Source of the DNA: Gordius albopunctatus
Lineage: Eukaryota
DNA: 64,000 nt
Assembly (NCBI GenBank): GCA_964276515.1
Contig: OZ193909.1
Coordinates: 1,860,001 to 1,924,000, forward strand
Direction of reading: 5' to 3'
Shown in pieces: positions 1 to 12,777 of this stretch; position 1 is the stretch's first letter, and every line of letters starts with the position of its first letter. A program made the position numbers and the translations under genes. The notes under the pieces were generated by a model, which saw only the letters and a program-made list of their open reading frames with translations, had not been told where the DNA came from and did no database searches.

Positions 1-785
1 GGTTCAAATTAAGTTTAAATATTTTTAATGGATTTTTAGACTGGCATATTGACGTTTGTTTTATTTTGAATTAAAAATAATATGATGTAAGCTGATCCAA
101 GGGTAGCATTTACTCCTACAATGTAAGAAACCCCGAGCTTAATAATAAAACATTTATGGTGTATTATTTTATCCTCACAATTATTTTTTTAAAACCCTTT
201 TGCGATTAATATTATTAATTTGTAATCACCTTAAAATACTTTATAACATGTTTAGAATGGATACTTTATTAATAATAGTTGAATAAATAATATTTTTATT
301 AGTTGAAAGATATAGCTATATATATAATTGTGTGAAGTTGGAGATTAATATTTTGAGATCATATCAAAATAAGTTTGAGATATGCAAATTGTAAACTACA
401 ATGTCTTTTAATTTAATCTCTTTATATCTATATATTCAATACAAATTCAATATAATTAATGTAGGTAAATAAATATGCGAGAAAATAAATTTTAATCACG
501 ATCTCAAATAATGTAATGGGTATTACTTTATTTTTTGGGAAAAAACACCTAACATATTAATAGACATTTATATAGCATATATGCGTTAATTTACAAATAC
601 GAAGTGTAAATAGTGATAAGTTCATTAATAAATATATCTTAGTAAACATAATTATGTAGTAGAGATACTTGATACCAAATTTTTTTAAGGACTATAAGTG
701 ACACTAAACAACATTCAGAGTTCTATAGAATTTTAGGCACAATCAAATATAGGTAGAACAAGATTTATTAATCTTGCCTTTTAAA

Positions 786-2090
786 TTACTTCCTTAAACA
801 AAGTACATCTTTAATCCAAGACCAAAAAACATCCTTGACAAGTGGATCTAAAAGTAGGGAAATGTAGACGCTCAATGCATTGTTCCCGTACTTTGTTAAA
901 TAAGCAATATTCTGCAACCACAACTCTGTTTTGGATTCGAACGTATCGGCCCAGGGTTGATACATAAACATGTAGAAGGTTATGGGAAGTGTGTTTATAA
1001 TAAAATGCACATTTAAAACCACCATGAGTATGGTAATGCGAAACTCTTGTTTTCTCATCCCATATTTTATGTTAAAACTATCGCTATTGTGTTTCGCAAA
1101 TTGTATCATCTCATTAGCTATTGGTCTACGTGTTATAAAACTTTTAATTTTGGATAGCCACCTTGTGCCGTCATCATTTTGTGAATATGGAAAATTAGAT
1201 TTAATAAGATTTCGCCTTTTAGATATCTTGAAACAATAGTATATGATCACTATGTTGGCCAAAGAGGATATTATGAAGGGCACAACCGACATAATGACAT
1301 TTGTCCATTTTCTATAATCAGGAAACCAATGAGTTTTGGGAACGTGTACGTAACTTTTGGTCTTAATTAAGTTTGCTGCGTTCTTCCACTCAGCAAAATT
1401 GTAGGTTCCAATTATAGAGATATTGTGGATTAGGTAAACACGAGACATATCAGTTACGTTTGACGTCGTCACGGTTTCAACCCCGAAGCCCCATGCGTAG
1501 GGAATTACGAGAATGAAACATGCGAGCAAGCTAAGAGACAATAAATATTTTATCTTGAAATTAGAGACACTAGTTTTGTAGTTGAAAGGGTAGACCAAAG
1601 CCCACACTCTATCTAAAGATATTACGACTCGTATGATATTGCTAAAATTAATGAATAAATCCATCAAGGGAAATCCAATTTTAACGGTATACTTTACGAA
1701 CCATAGATGTTTACGGCACGTTGTATAGCAAGCTGCGTAAAGGGTAGGGACTAAGATTAAATTCAAACAGACCAAACAATCCGATATGGTGAGTGTGCGA
1801 ATATAAAAGTAGATATTAGTTTTGGGATTAATTAGTTTTCCTCTAATAACTCGATATCCAGGCTCAACTTGACTACAATTTTTATTGTTATTTTGCTTTT
1901 CATCATTAGTTTGCCGAGTTAGTGTAGTGCCCGATAATGCAGTAACTTTTCGCTTCATTTTGTTAAAAAACCAAAAATATGCTATGTTACCAATCAGGCC
2001 CAAAACTAGAATAATCGGCATGATAATTCCGTAAGTCAAATCTATGGTGTAGTGAATATATTCACCACTAACAGGCGTACTTCCAGACAT
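786..2090 (-). CDS. Intronless class A (rhodopsin-like) GPCR, neuropeptide/FMRFamide-receptor-like, 434 aa
   Basis: Seven hydrophobic segments; TM1 GLIGN, TM2 LTISDCL (LAxxD-like), TM3 end SLDRVWAL (DRY-like) followed by YPF, TM6 FIINTLP. Ligand class is inferred from general resemblance only. Confidence 0.85.
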   Translation of the reverse strand: MSGSTPVSGEYIHYTIDLTYGIIMPIILVLGLIGNIAYFWFFNKMKRKVTALSGTTLTRQTNDEKQNNNKNCSQVEPGYRVIRGKLINPKTNIYFYIRTLTISDCLVCLNLILVPTLYAACYTTCRKHLWFVKYTVKIGFPLMDLFINFSNIIRVVISLDRVWALVYPFNYKTSVSNFKIKYLLSLSLLACFILVIPYAWGFGVETVTTSNVTDMSRVYLIHNISIIGTYNFAEWKNAANLIKTKSYVHVPKTHWFPDYRKWTNVIMSVVPFIISSLANIVIIYYCFKISKRRNLIKSNFPYSQNDDGTRWLSKIKSFITRRPIANEMIQFAKHNSDSFNIKYGMRKQEFRITILMVVLNVHFIINTLPITFYMFMYQPWADTFESKTELWLQNIAYLTKYGNNALSVYISLLLDPLVKDVFWSWIKDVLCLRK

Positions 2091-3275
2091 GATGTGAATA
2101 TTTTCGTGCGAATGTGGTCAATTTTAAAAATTTTAACGCAAAGTCCTGAAATTTATTTTCATTAACTAATGGCCTTTCTAAAAAAAACTGAAAGTATTAG
2201 CGCTAAATTTGCTAAAATAGAATTTCAAAGATTATTGTTTAAAAATTGGTGAGGAGCATTAGTAAATTAATTTATATGAAAGCTTTAGGCCTACCAATGA
2301 TTAAATTTTAATTGGCCTTCTTTTCGCATTTTAGAATCATAATATTTTTGCGCGATGACAATTTTTAAAATTCGTTTTTGAAAATTTTTTTTAAAACCGA
2401 TAGAAGTTTATTTCCAAATAATTATGTATGTTATATGCTAAAATATATTAAATTAATGAGCTGGCATCGAGCCATGGGTTGAGATTGTATTAGATTTTAC
2501 AATTTCAACGGTGATTTTCTGCTTGATATTAAAAAATTCTTTGGGATCGTGTGTGATGGAGGTTATGAATTTTGATATTTGTTTGAGAAATTAGATATCA
2601 ATAATTTGTTTAATGAGATTTTTTACGCGACTTAACCTTACCAATGAAGCTTATTAGAAATTACGTCGATAAACCTACAATATAAATACAATATGAAATC
2701 TTTATCCGGTTTTTATTACGAGTTTAAGTTAATATAATTAGCGTTAAATCTCGCTTAATTAGGGAAATTCAAAAAAAGTTATTTCCTAAGATATAACCTT
2801 AGAAATTTTAATACAAATGACCATGGCTTCATGAAATACAACAAATCGAATTCAATTAACAATTTGAAGACTTCATTTTCGAGAATTAAAATCATATACA
2901 AGGTTCTTTGTGATGAAATACTTTAATAAATATTTGTAATTGAGATTAAAAAGTGTACACATATAATTAGGCTATTGCCATTTATTTAAACTCTTTTTTA
3001 AATTGGACAAAATTTATAATGATCCACGTTTATTGATAAATGTTGGGTTTAGGAGGGATCTAGTATTTACAGCCAAATTGGTGTCATAAGACATTCTTCT
3101 TTTAGACCACAACTTGCTGTTTAATATATAAAATGTTTATTTTTGAATGGAAAAACTTAACAGCTAGATATATATCATAGGTTAAATAAGATATTTATTT
3201 ATGAAATTACCAAAAATTATTAGTTTGAGCGTTATCACTTGATTTATGGTTAAAATGTAATTTATTTGCCAATGG

Positions 3276-5460
3276 AAACTTTTTTTTTCCTATAGCTGTT
3301 TGTCACATTTAGTGGTCAGCTCCTTCAAGTAGGTTCCCCATGTATTCCTGCACTTACACCAGCTTTGCTTTAGCTCGTACCTTTTTAAGTCCATATCTAT
3401 TTTAAGCTTCCATGTCAGTTTAGGCCTCCCTCTCTTTCGCTTACCTTCGACTTGCACTTTCTTTATACGATTTGCCAAGTGACTTTCCTCTTGTCTCTCC
3501 AAATGGCCATACCATCTCAATATTCTTACCACCAACTTTCTCTGAATCGGAACTACACTTAGTTTATCTCTTATGTCTTGATTCCTTATATGGTCCTTTT
3601 TGCTTATTCCCAAGATCCATCTTAATATTAACATCTCCATTGTAGCCAGGTTTTGCTCCTTTTTTGCCTTAATTGCCCAGGTTTTCGCTCCATAAAATAC
3701 CGTTGGTACGATAACTGTGTTATATAACCGTCCTTTCAATTTGAGTGGTATGTGTTTGTCACATAGGACACCACTCAACTCCCTGAATTTGAGCCAGCCT
3801 GCGTTTATTCTTGCCTAAATTTTGCTTTCCACACCTGCATCACATTGTACCCTAGAACCAAGAAATTTGGATTTTTTCCTGCTGCTTAAACACTAGTCAT
3901 CGATTTTCAGGTGTGTTTATTTGTATTCATTCCCCGGCTGCAAGCATACATATTCCGTTTTATCTCTTTGCTTTCAATTCGTTCCATCCTCACTTTTACC
4001 TGCTCTGCTAATTCTACGTTTGAGCTTGCGCACAGGACCATATCATCCGCAAAGAGCATTGCCCAAGCTGATTCGCGTTTCAGGTCCTTCGTTATCAAAT
4101 CCATTATTGTTATGAATAGCAATGGACTTAGTGCTGATCCTTGATGCACACCGACATTTAGAATGAATCCCTTTGATGTACCACTGGATGTCCGAACTTT
4201 GGTTTTTGCGTTTCTATACATATCCTTTATTAACATTATATAAGCCTCGGGTACACCATTGGAACTCAGGCTATCCCATATCAACTGCCTTGGCACTTTA
4301 TCGAAAGCTTTCTCAAGATCGATGAACCACATATGAAGATCCTTTTGTTTTTCCTTATATAATTCCATAAGTCTCCTGAGACCATGCATTGAATCTGAAG
4401 TCGACTTTCCAGCCATGAACCCAAATTTTCGTTCATCTATTGAGATTTTTTTGGTGTCTAGCTTCTATAACCTTTTCACACACCTTCATTACGTGACTCC
4501 ATGGGCATACCCAGGGGGAGCAGCCGCGCCCCATGCCCCCCCCCCCTAATTAAAAAAGATAAAATTTCAATACAAATACCCTTAAAAATCAAATAAATTA
4601 TGTTCTGCCAACTCCCTATTTCAACTTAACTCAAATTAATACAGTAAGTAAAATGAAATTTAAATTACGGTCCCAGGAAAATTTTAGGATAGTCGAGACC
4701 TTTTTTTTGCTCGCAGGAAAATTTTTGAATAGTCAAGGAAAATTTTTTTATAATCTGCCCCCCCCCCCCTAATTCAAAACCTGGGTACGCCCATGCGTGA
4801 CTCGTTAACTTTACCACTCGATAGTTGTTGCATTCTTGTACATCTCCTTTCAATTTATAGATAGGTATAACATAGCTTTCCCTACACTCATCAGGCATCA
4901 TACAACTTGCAAGTATTTTGTTAAACAGCTTTGCAAGTAGATGTACACCTAAGGGTCCTAGCATTTTGAAAGCTTTTATAGATATGTTATCAGGTCCACC
5001 GTTCTACCCATGGTCATCTTTTTAAGCACCTTGTCAACCTCTTCTTCTGTCACTTCTAACTCTGGGTCATATTCATAGGTCTTGCTCTCGCAGTGGTCCG
5101 AAAACCCATTTTCACTGTTTAATAATTCTTTATAGTATTCTTCCCAATCATCTATGATTTGATGGCCCAGAGTTAGAATGATTCCATCCTTGCTCTTTAT
5201 AGTTTTCACGTTTACCACACACTTTCTTTTCTTTACTTGTAAACTTGGCATTTAAATTCTCGAGGACCTCTGTTTTAGCCTTGGCTACAGAACGTTTTGC
5301 CTCATTTTTAGCTTTCACATATACCAAGCGTTTTTCTTCATTTATGTTGCTTGACCATAATTTGTAAAGCTTTCTTTTCAACTTGACCAGGCTTGCATGT
5401 CTTTGTTTCACCACCATGTCTCCTTATCTTTTGTATACCTGGTTTAATTTTCCCTAAAAC
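3276..5460 (-). mobile_element. Degenerate, 5'-truncated RTE-clade non-LTR retrotransposon
   Basis: Frameshifted RT fragments in the ORF track: FIDLEKAFDKV, GVHQGSALSPLLF, MLFADD, C-terminal LRWYGHL...RKRGRPK; A-rich tail on the minus strand near 3280; interrupted by the MITE at 4500-4795. Confidence 0.9.
4500..4795. mobile_element. hAT-type MITE inserted in the RTE
   Basis: TIR CATGGGCATACCCAGG / CCTGGGTACGCCCATG (15/16 match); perfect 8-bp TSD CGTGACTC at 4492-4499 and 4796-4803. Related G/C-run elements near 16116, 21177, 21505, 41860, 48909, 50609, 62524 and 63812. Confidence 0.9.
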
Positions 5461-5469
5461 ACATCTCGT

Positions 5470-8400
5470 TACTGATCGTACCGTGTGTCCTATGACAATC
5501 AATTTACCTTGCTCACAAGTTTATAAATTAAAAATAAAGTCAATAAACCAATATACAAAATATTAATGGCGCTATATTTTTAAACAAACTCTAATCAATG
5601 TTTTTACATTTTTAATTTTTATGTATTATGTAAATGATATTTATTTTAAAATGCTACTTTTGATATCTACCTAATTCAATATTATTTTTAACTTTTTAAG
5701 ATTATTTAATTTGCGAAAATTATTCATTTCTATACGATCACCACTTTAGCATGTTAACATCAAAATTGTGGAAAAACCTTTTTACCACCATTTTAACGAT
5801 AAGATGGTGAAGTAGGGATTATATAGATATTTGTAATTCTTTAAATTAAATCATCTTAAAAAGGTAAATAAAAAAATATTAAATTGGGTAGATATCAAAA
5901 ACAGCATTCTAAAATAAATATCATTTACAGTCTTCTTCTTCTTTATCAGTTATTTGGTCCCACATTGGTGGGGTTTGTTTTGATGAGTCTCTTCCATCTT
6001 GACCGGGTTAGTGCCATGTCTTGACTAATCTCTTTAGTTTCCATAACTTTATCGACTTGCCTTTTCCACGTGACACGGGGTCGTTCTCTTCCTCTCTTCC
6101 CGGTATTATCATTTCTAGCACTTTTCGATTTACGTCATCCGGGTCCCTTCTTAGTATATGCCCATACCACCTTAGCCGATTTTCGTTAATCATGTCCGCC
6201 ATAGGTTGAATACCCATTTTTGTCATGAGAAAGTCATTCGTCATATGGTCGAGCTTAGTATACACCAAGCTCCACCGTATCATTCTCATCTCCGTGGCTT
6301 GTAATAGCTTTCCTTCCGTGGTGTTTAATGCCCATGTTTCACTTCCATAGAGTAACATCGGTCTTACGATGGATTTGTAAGCTTTGCTCTTCAACCATAT
6401 TGGCATTTTCTTGTCGCACATTACACCGGATATACTTCGCCATTTAAGCCATCCTTTTTGAATCCGGGCATTGATTTCAGTTGCGCAACCTCCCTCTTGA
6501 TGTAGCATAGAGCCGAGGTAAGTAAACCTGTCTACTTTTGGGTACTTTAGGTGGTCATCCAGCGATGGGGTGCTTGTACCGTTCATTTCCACGTATACCG
6601 TTTTTCGATCGTTGACCTTTAAACCATATCCAGCTAAGCGCTTTGACCACTTTTCTGCTTCTTCGAATACCTTCTCCCTTGTTTCCTCGCATAGTACTAT
6701 ATCATCGGCATATAGCATACACCATGGCGATGGCTTTTGAAAGTCCCTCGTTATCGTGTCTATAATTATATTAAATAAAAAGGGACTTAAAGCAGAGCCT
6801 TGATGTAATCCAATATTAACCCGAAAAGGTTTAGAGTCTCCAACTGTCGTCCTAACGCAAGAGTTTGAGGCTTCATAGATATTTTTCATAAGCCGTATAT
6901 ATGCGTCAGGGATATTTTGTTTCCTCCGGCACCACCATATTAAATCGTGGGGGACCGTGTCATAAGCTTTCTCCAAGTCGATAAAAACCATATATAGGTC
7001 TTTCCTCTTTTCACCATACTTATCCATCATTTGTCTTAGGGCGAAGATTGGGTCGATTGTGGATTTGCCGGCCACGAATCCGAATTGATTAGTCGATATT
7101 TCCACCTCGTTTTTCAGCCTTGTTACTAAGATTCTTTCCATGAGCTTCAAGGAGTGGCAAGTTAGCTTGATACCTCTGTAATTGCCGCAGTCCTGAGGGT
7201 CTCCTTTGCCTTTGAATAAGGGTATAATCGTGCTTGCTCTCCATTGATTAGGGATTCGCTCTTCTATCAATATCTTGTTAAGGAGGCTCGTCATGGTGGT
7301 GACTCCTTCTTCACGACATCCGAGCAATGCTTCCATAGGTATTCCATCTGGCCCATTTGCTTTTCCTTTTTGCATCTTGTTCATTTGTGTCCTAAATTCA
7401 TCCTTCTGAAAGAGTTCGACCATAGTTATATTTGGCTCAATTTCGGGAAGGGAATCCTTGTCATTTGCAATATTCATAAGTTTCTTAAAATACCCTTTCC
7501 ATCACTTCCTTCGGCTTGAATAAGGTTTGACCCTTCTCGCTTTTGACTATTTTAAGAACTCCGACATCTCGACTTTTCTTCTCCCTTATCTTGGCCAATT
7601 TGTACATAAGCCTATCGCCCCCTTTATGATCCAGTTTGTTTGCCATCTCGATGTACGCAGCATTCTTCGCTTTTGCAACGGCCTTTTTTGCCGCCATATT
7701 TGCGTCCCTGTACTCTTGATAATCCTCCGACTTTTTTGATTTATGCCACCGTCTATATAGATTTTTCTTTATTTCGATGAAATCTTTAACCGATTGATCC
7801 CACCACCATAGTTCCCTATTCATAGCTTTGCCTCCTTTGGTCTGTCCTAAAACACGAATCGCTGTTTCCTTAATGTCCTTAGATAGCGTCTCCCAATCTT
7901 CGTCTACGTCCCTTTGCAACTTCCTTGCACCCAAGAGTGAGGAGGCTTTTTGATGGTATTCTTCGTTTGTCGACGTATCCTTTAGCCTTTCGTATCGAAT
8001 TCGAGGTTCATATACCTTTCTTCTTTCGGGAAATACTCTTCTGTCAAGATCCATAACAAGGGGACGATGTTGCCTGCGGTATTACTTTGCAATCCTTGAT
8101 ACTCCATAAGTCCTTTCGCCGTATAAGCAAATAGTCGATTTGACTAAAATGCTTCCCACTTCTATAGGTCACAATATGATCTTCGCGCTTTTGAAAATAG
8201 GTGTTAACGATCGCCATGTCATATGCTTGGGATACTTGGAGAAGTTTTTCCCCTTCTTTGTTCTTCAGACCATGCCCATAGCCTCCATGATTGCGTTCAT
8301 ACCCAAGGCGATCTTTCGCTACGTGAGGGTTGAAATCGGCCCCAATAATTAGCCTTTCTTCCTGTCCTATTCCTTGTATTTCCTTTTCCAATGAATCGAA

Positions 8401-9158
8401 GAATATGTCTTTCTCTGATTCCAAACAACCAATATGGGGAGCATACGCCAACATAACGGTTAGGAGGCCCCCTTGATCCGCAATTTTCACCCACATTGGC
8501 CTGTCGGAACAACGCTTGACTTCCACCACCTTGTCCTTGAACGATTCGCTTAGAACGATACCGACCCCGTTTCTACGATTTGGTGACCCACCGTATAAAA
8601 GCTTGTATCCTTCTCCTAATTCCCGAGCTTTCGTTCCGTTCCACCTCGTCTCTTGTAGGCAGGCTATGTGCACCTTTTTTCTTTTAGCATCTGTGCGACC
8701 TCGATGCTCTTCCCCGTCAACGTTCCCACATTCCAGCACGTAATTCGCATTTTTTCCACAACTAGTTTCCTTAACCGCCTTCGTTGTGAGTTAGGCAGTA
8801 ACCCTAATGTATTTTTTACATTGCACGGGCGGGGTATGCAGTGCGCGTCGTTTGTGGAGGACGCCCTAGCCCTTTCTTGTAAAATCTCGTTTGAAACTAT
8901 CATAATTTTTGGAGTTGATTTTTATAGCCGGTTTCCGACCTGACGCAAACCCTCCACTTTTTGCACACGGACTTGGGACCGTCGTATACATATAAATTAA
9001 AATTTAACAACTATAATGAAAGTGTGTTTAATAATATAGCGCCATCTATGTTTTGTATACTATTATATTAAGGTTCGTTCGAATTTATAAATTAGTGAGG
9101 AAGGAAAATTAACTGTTATATAGCATAAAGACGTGGTTGAAATATACCAGTTGTTGAT
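5470..9158. mobile_element. Foldback MITE split by the RTE insertion (arms about 5470-5929 and 8982-9158)
   Basis: 5520-5680 is the reverse complement of 5875-5929 plus 8985-9090. A copy without the RTE lies at 55695-55935 (ATCATTTACA|CGATACATAA). Confidence 0.7.
5930..8982 (-). mobile_element. Near full-length RTE (BovB-like) LINE with APE endonuclease and reverse transcriptase, several frameshifts
   Basis: APE motifs CWNVGTL, CLQET, GADFN, SQIDY (8044-8903); RT motifs NYRGIKL, QFGF, FIDLEKAYD, GLHQGSALSP, YADD (6008-7477); (GAA)n tail at 5930-5943; 5' UTR-like GGTCCCAAG...GAGGGTTTGCGTCAGG near 8935-8980. Confidence 0.95.
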
Positions 9159-10236
9159 TAGTGATGCGGAAAAACAGAGAAAAATCTCGGTCTTGTCTCG
9201 AAAAACCTAGACGAGACGAGATTTTATCGGTTGTTACTTATTTGTATAGCTTATATGATATAAAATTATTTAGACCTATAATGAGTTTATGCGCAACAAG
9301 TTCATCATCCAACACAAAAAAGAGCAAGCTGCTCTAACATTTCACAGTATCCAAGGATGAATCAAATAAAATGGGGAAGTGTAAATTGTGCTTTAAATAA
9401 AATTTTATATTTTAAGTTATATGTGTTCAATTAACGTAAGATCTTAAAACTTTTATGTTCTTCCGACAAAAATGCCTATTTTATTGTATTTAAATAACTA
9501 GAGGAACCCGGCAAACGTTGTTTTGCCATTTACCCGGGTGTATTAAATTATGTTGAAATTTTAGGGCATATATGATGATAAAACGGTTATTGAAGTAAAA
9601 ATAAAGTTTGATGTCTATATGTTCTACTTCTATTGTTCTATTTCCGTATACAGTGCAACGCGTACGAATACTCGAAAACTACTGGACCGATTTGGCTCTA
9701 ACAAATCTTAAAACATGATCCGGAGTGTCAGGAATAAACTGTGAAATTTTGAGCCAAATCGGTCTGGTAGTTTTCCAAAATTGGTGGCGGCATATATATA
9801 CACACACATAGTTTAATTTTTATATATAAGATGATATCTTCAAAAGTTTACGCTCTCACTTTTGTCGTTATTTTAACGTTATTTAATAAGATCTCAATAA
9901 ATTCATTATGTTAAAATATTATTTAACTTTATCCTTTTATTGAGCCTTAGTCAGGAAATAAAAGTTATTGTTTAGCAACTTTATACCTTCGAAGCAAGTA
10001 GTATATAACACCTCTAATAATGCTTCCTACCTTAAGATACCCATCTGGCTTTGTTTTGGGGTTTGAGATAAATATTTGGTTCCATTATGACCCATTTATA
10101 TCTTATATAATAATTTATGAGTCAGAAAAAAATATTTGATATAATTATTTTTAAAAGTCGAAACGAGATCGAGATTTTAATAATCGCACCCGAGACGAGA
10201 TTTTGCTTTCGAGACCGAGAGGAGATCACAACACTA
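9159..10236. mobile_element. Non-autonomous DNA transposon (hAT-like termini) with a nested Helentron/DINE-like element at about 9498-9832
   Basis: Ends TAGTGATG.../...CAACACTA with subterminal CGAGAC repeats (also at 50210-50325). The nested piece starts ACTAGAGGAACCCGGCAAACGTTG and ends (TA)n(CA)n...TATATATAAGAT; it has a second copy starting at about 40174. Confidence 0.6.
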
Positions 10237-10378
10237 GTTGAGATTTAAATGGAGGAAAATCTGACACACATTTTACTAGTGGTGGGAAAACGCTTAGCAC
10301 TAGCGCGCTTAGCACCTCCCCGCTGATGGGAATAGCCTATTAAATACGCTATGTCTACTAGCACATAGTCACTTTAAG

Positions 10379-10610
10379 TGCTATAAGCTATAGGAGATGG
10401 GAGGTTTGAGGTGCTAGAGCTATGGGAGATGGGAGGTTTGAGGTGCTATGAGCTATAGGAGATGGGAGGTTTGAGGCGCTATGTGCTATAGGAGATGGGA
10501 GTTTGAGGTGCTATGTGCTATAGGAGATGGGAGTTTGAGGTGCTATGTGCTATAGGAGATGGGAGTTTGAGGTGCTATAGGAGATGGGAGTTTGAGGTGC
10601 TACGTGCTAT
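10379..10610. repeat. Minisatellite, about 32-bp unit (GTGCTATGTGCTATAGGAGATGGGAGTTTGAG), about 7 copies
   Basis: Direct tandem copies visible with no spacers; probably internal to a small TIR element spanning about 10277-10660. Confidence 0.9.
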
Positions 10611-11940
10611 AGCCGATTGCACTTAAATGCGCTACTCCTATAGCACCGGCGCTAACACTGGGAATAATTTTTTTAATTGTTTATTTTCATTTTATTAAAT
10701 ATTAAAATACATCTGAATATAATTTTTTTGCCCTATCTTACCATCTAACTACTACTTATTTTAATAAAAATTTAATTAAATGTATGACTTTAATTTTATT
10801 TTGCATTGCTTCTAAAAAATAAATGATTGAGTATTACCGCAAGTAATGTTGTTTTATACTGATTAATTAGTAATCTTTTATTTATTCTTTTTTTCACATA
10901 CAAAACATGGGAAAAGAGGTATGTGCCCACAATTAAACCTCTTATTATTTAAAGATTTAAAAATATTAGTCAGCACAAAGTTAAAGCATAATTTTGCTTT
11001 GTTTTTGATTTTTTATAGGAGTGAATGGTGAATATCAATTCAACTTTTCACTTAAATAAATTCTACAAAATTTTCTGCTTAAAATATTGAGATTTCGAAA
11101 CTTATTATTGTTTATTAGCCTTGCCGAGACGCACAATCCTTGGGGGAAAATGCGAAACCCCCAACGACATGTTACTCAAGCTAGCTCGAAAGAAATCGTC
11201 TACATATTTGTTCTTTCTGGATTAGAGGGCAATGTAAAAGGGGTGGTTACTATTTTTACAGGTTTCCTTTTTGTTTTATATCATACTCATATGCGATATG
11301 TTACGTTGATTAAATATTCATTATGCTTTTAAGAAAGCTTTGTTGAATTGGTGAATATTTTAATTCATACGTTGTTACTTAGTTTAGCTGTGATACACAT
11401 CACATACCTTTATAAAATAGTGTTTCTTTAATATTCCGCTTTAAAGTGAGAATTAACGTCAGTTTTAATTTAAAAAAACTAATGTATTTCACCCCCGAGT
11501 TATAAGGAAGCTTCATAAACTTACATTCGTTTGTCCATCCCAAGATTCTCGAGGCCATCGATCAGCTCTTTTAATTCAGATTTTAATGCCAAATTCTCGA
11601 GGCAAAAAACGAAGTGTATTTTTAGAACAATTAGCTAGATTTAGGTAGAATAGAGCGGTTTATTGAATGCGCTTTTCCCTCGATCGAATTAAAACGCTTA
11701 GTCAACTATTTTTCAGTTTTCTTTTTAATGTCGCTCAATATATTTCAAATTTCAAAGTTATTATTTTTACAATGAAAATATCAATTCAAGCTAACCTTTT
11801 CACCAATCTATCCATGTAATGTTATAATTTTTAGGGAACAAAGGAATGGATAAAATATTATTATGTAATAAAATTGAAGCGTTTTCACAAAATATAGGTT
11901 CTAAAATAAATTTATATTGAGCATTTTTAAATCTTTTTAA

Positions 11941-12449
11941 CCCTCGAGAGTATTCGTGGGGTATTTCTATACCCCACGCAAATTATAAATTAAAATATAA
12001 AACGCAATTTAAGTCTAATGAATTTGGTCTTTTCAGTAGCTTAATAAATATAGAAGTTTTTTGCCTCGTGGGGTATGATTATACCCCACGAATGCTCTCG
12101 CGTAATTTTTTTTCTGTTGGAGAAAATGTATGTGTTTTTTGTTTGATGATATCTTTTATAATTTGTGTTTTTAATACATTTTGAACATTCTTTTAATAAA
12201 AAATCACGTTTATTTTGATTTATTTTAAGGTATATGATGTCAAGAGGTAAAATGAGGGGAAGCTCTAAAATAACCAAAAAATGGGGGTCCAGAAAATTGT
12301 TAATAAGTTTTGTAATATTGATTAGATTTATATCAAAATTTATCCCATCAATCTTAACACCTTCATAAACATATGTTTAAAATTTTGTAGGTTTTAAATG
12401 AATACTTTAAAAGTTATAAGAAGTTGGGTAGAAGGAATACTCTCGAGGG
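11941..12449. mobile_element. piggyBac-type MITE
   Basis: 15-bp perfect TIR CCCTCGAGAGTATTC; TTAA on both sides (11937-11940, 12450-12453); internal GTGGGGTA...TACCCCAC palindromes. Confidence 0.85.
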
Positions 12450-12482
12450 TTAATCAAAATCAATTCCGAATTGCATATGAAG

Positions 12483-12673
12483 GAGTATTGGCCAACCAAC
12501 GGAAGAGCGGAGGAGCTATGCTTCCGCCTCACATAATACCGGCTGGCAAAAACTCTGGTAATAGAATGATTCATTATCCTCCTCAAGATCCTCAAGGGGA
12601 AGGCAACATAGTGAAATATGAAGATTCTAAGATTGCGGAAAAAATTGATTTCGAATATGCTGAACAAGAATGA
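12483..12673 (+). CDS. Possible terminal exon of an unidentified small gene (upstream exons perhaps at 10900-11870)
   Basis: Open, GC-richer stretch GVLANQRKSGGAMLPPHIIPAG...EYAEQE*, with exon-like islands upstream. No homolog recognised and no consistent splice model could be built. Confidence 0.35.
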
Positions 12674-12777
12674 AACTTGCAAACTTTTCAAATTATTTTA
12701 CATATCATATAAATTGGTCATTTTATATATTATCCTTAGTAAATTATATTTTTTGCGCGTGTCGACTAGGTTTGACA

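Noticed and set aside
4665..4795. Gly-rich C-terminus AWAYPGFELGGGG on an RT fragment
   Set aside because: Read-through into the inserted MITE.
10379..10610. CRISPR-like 32-bp repeats
   Set aside because: Units are contiguous with no unique spacers, there are no cas genes, and the context is eukaryotic.
12398..12453. ATG of the 91-aa ORF
   Set aside because: Lies inside the piggyBac-type MITE, so it is probably not the true start.
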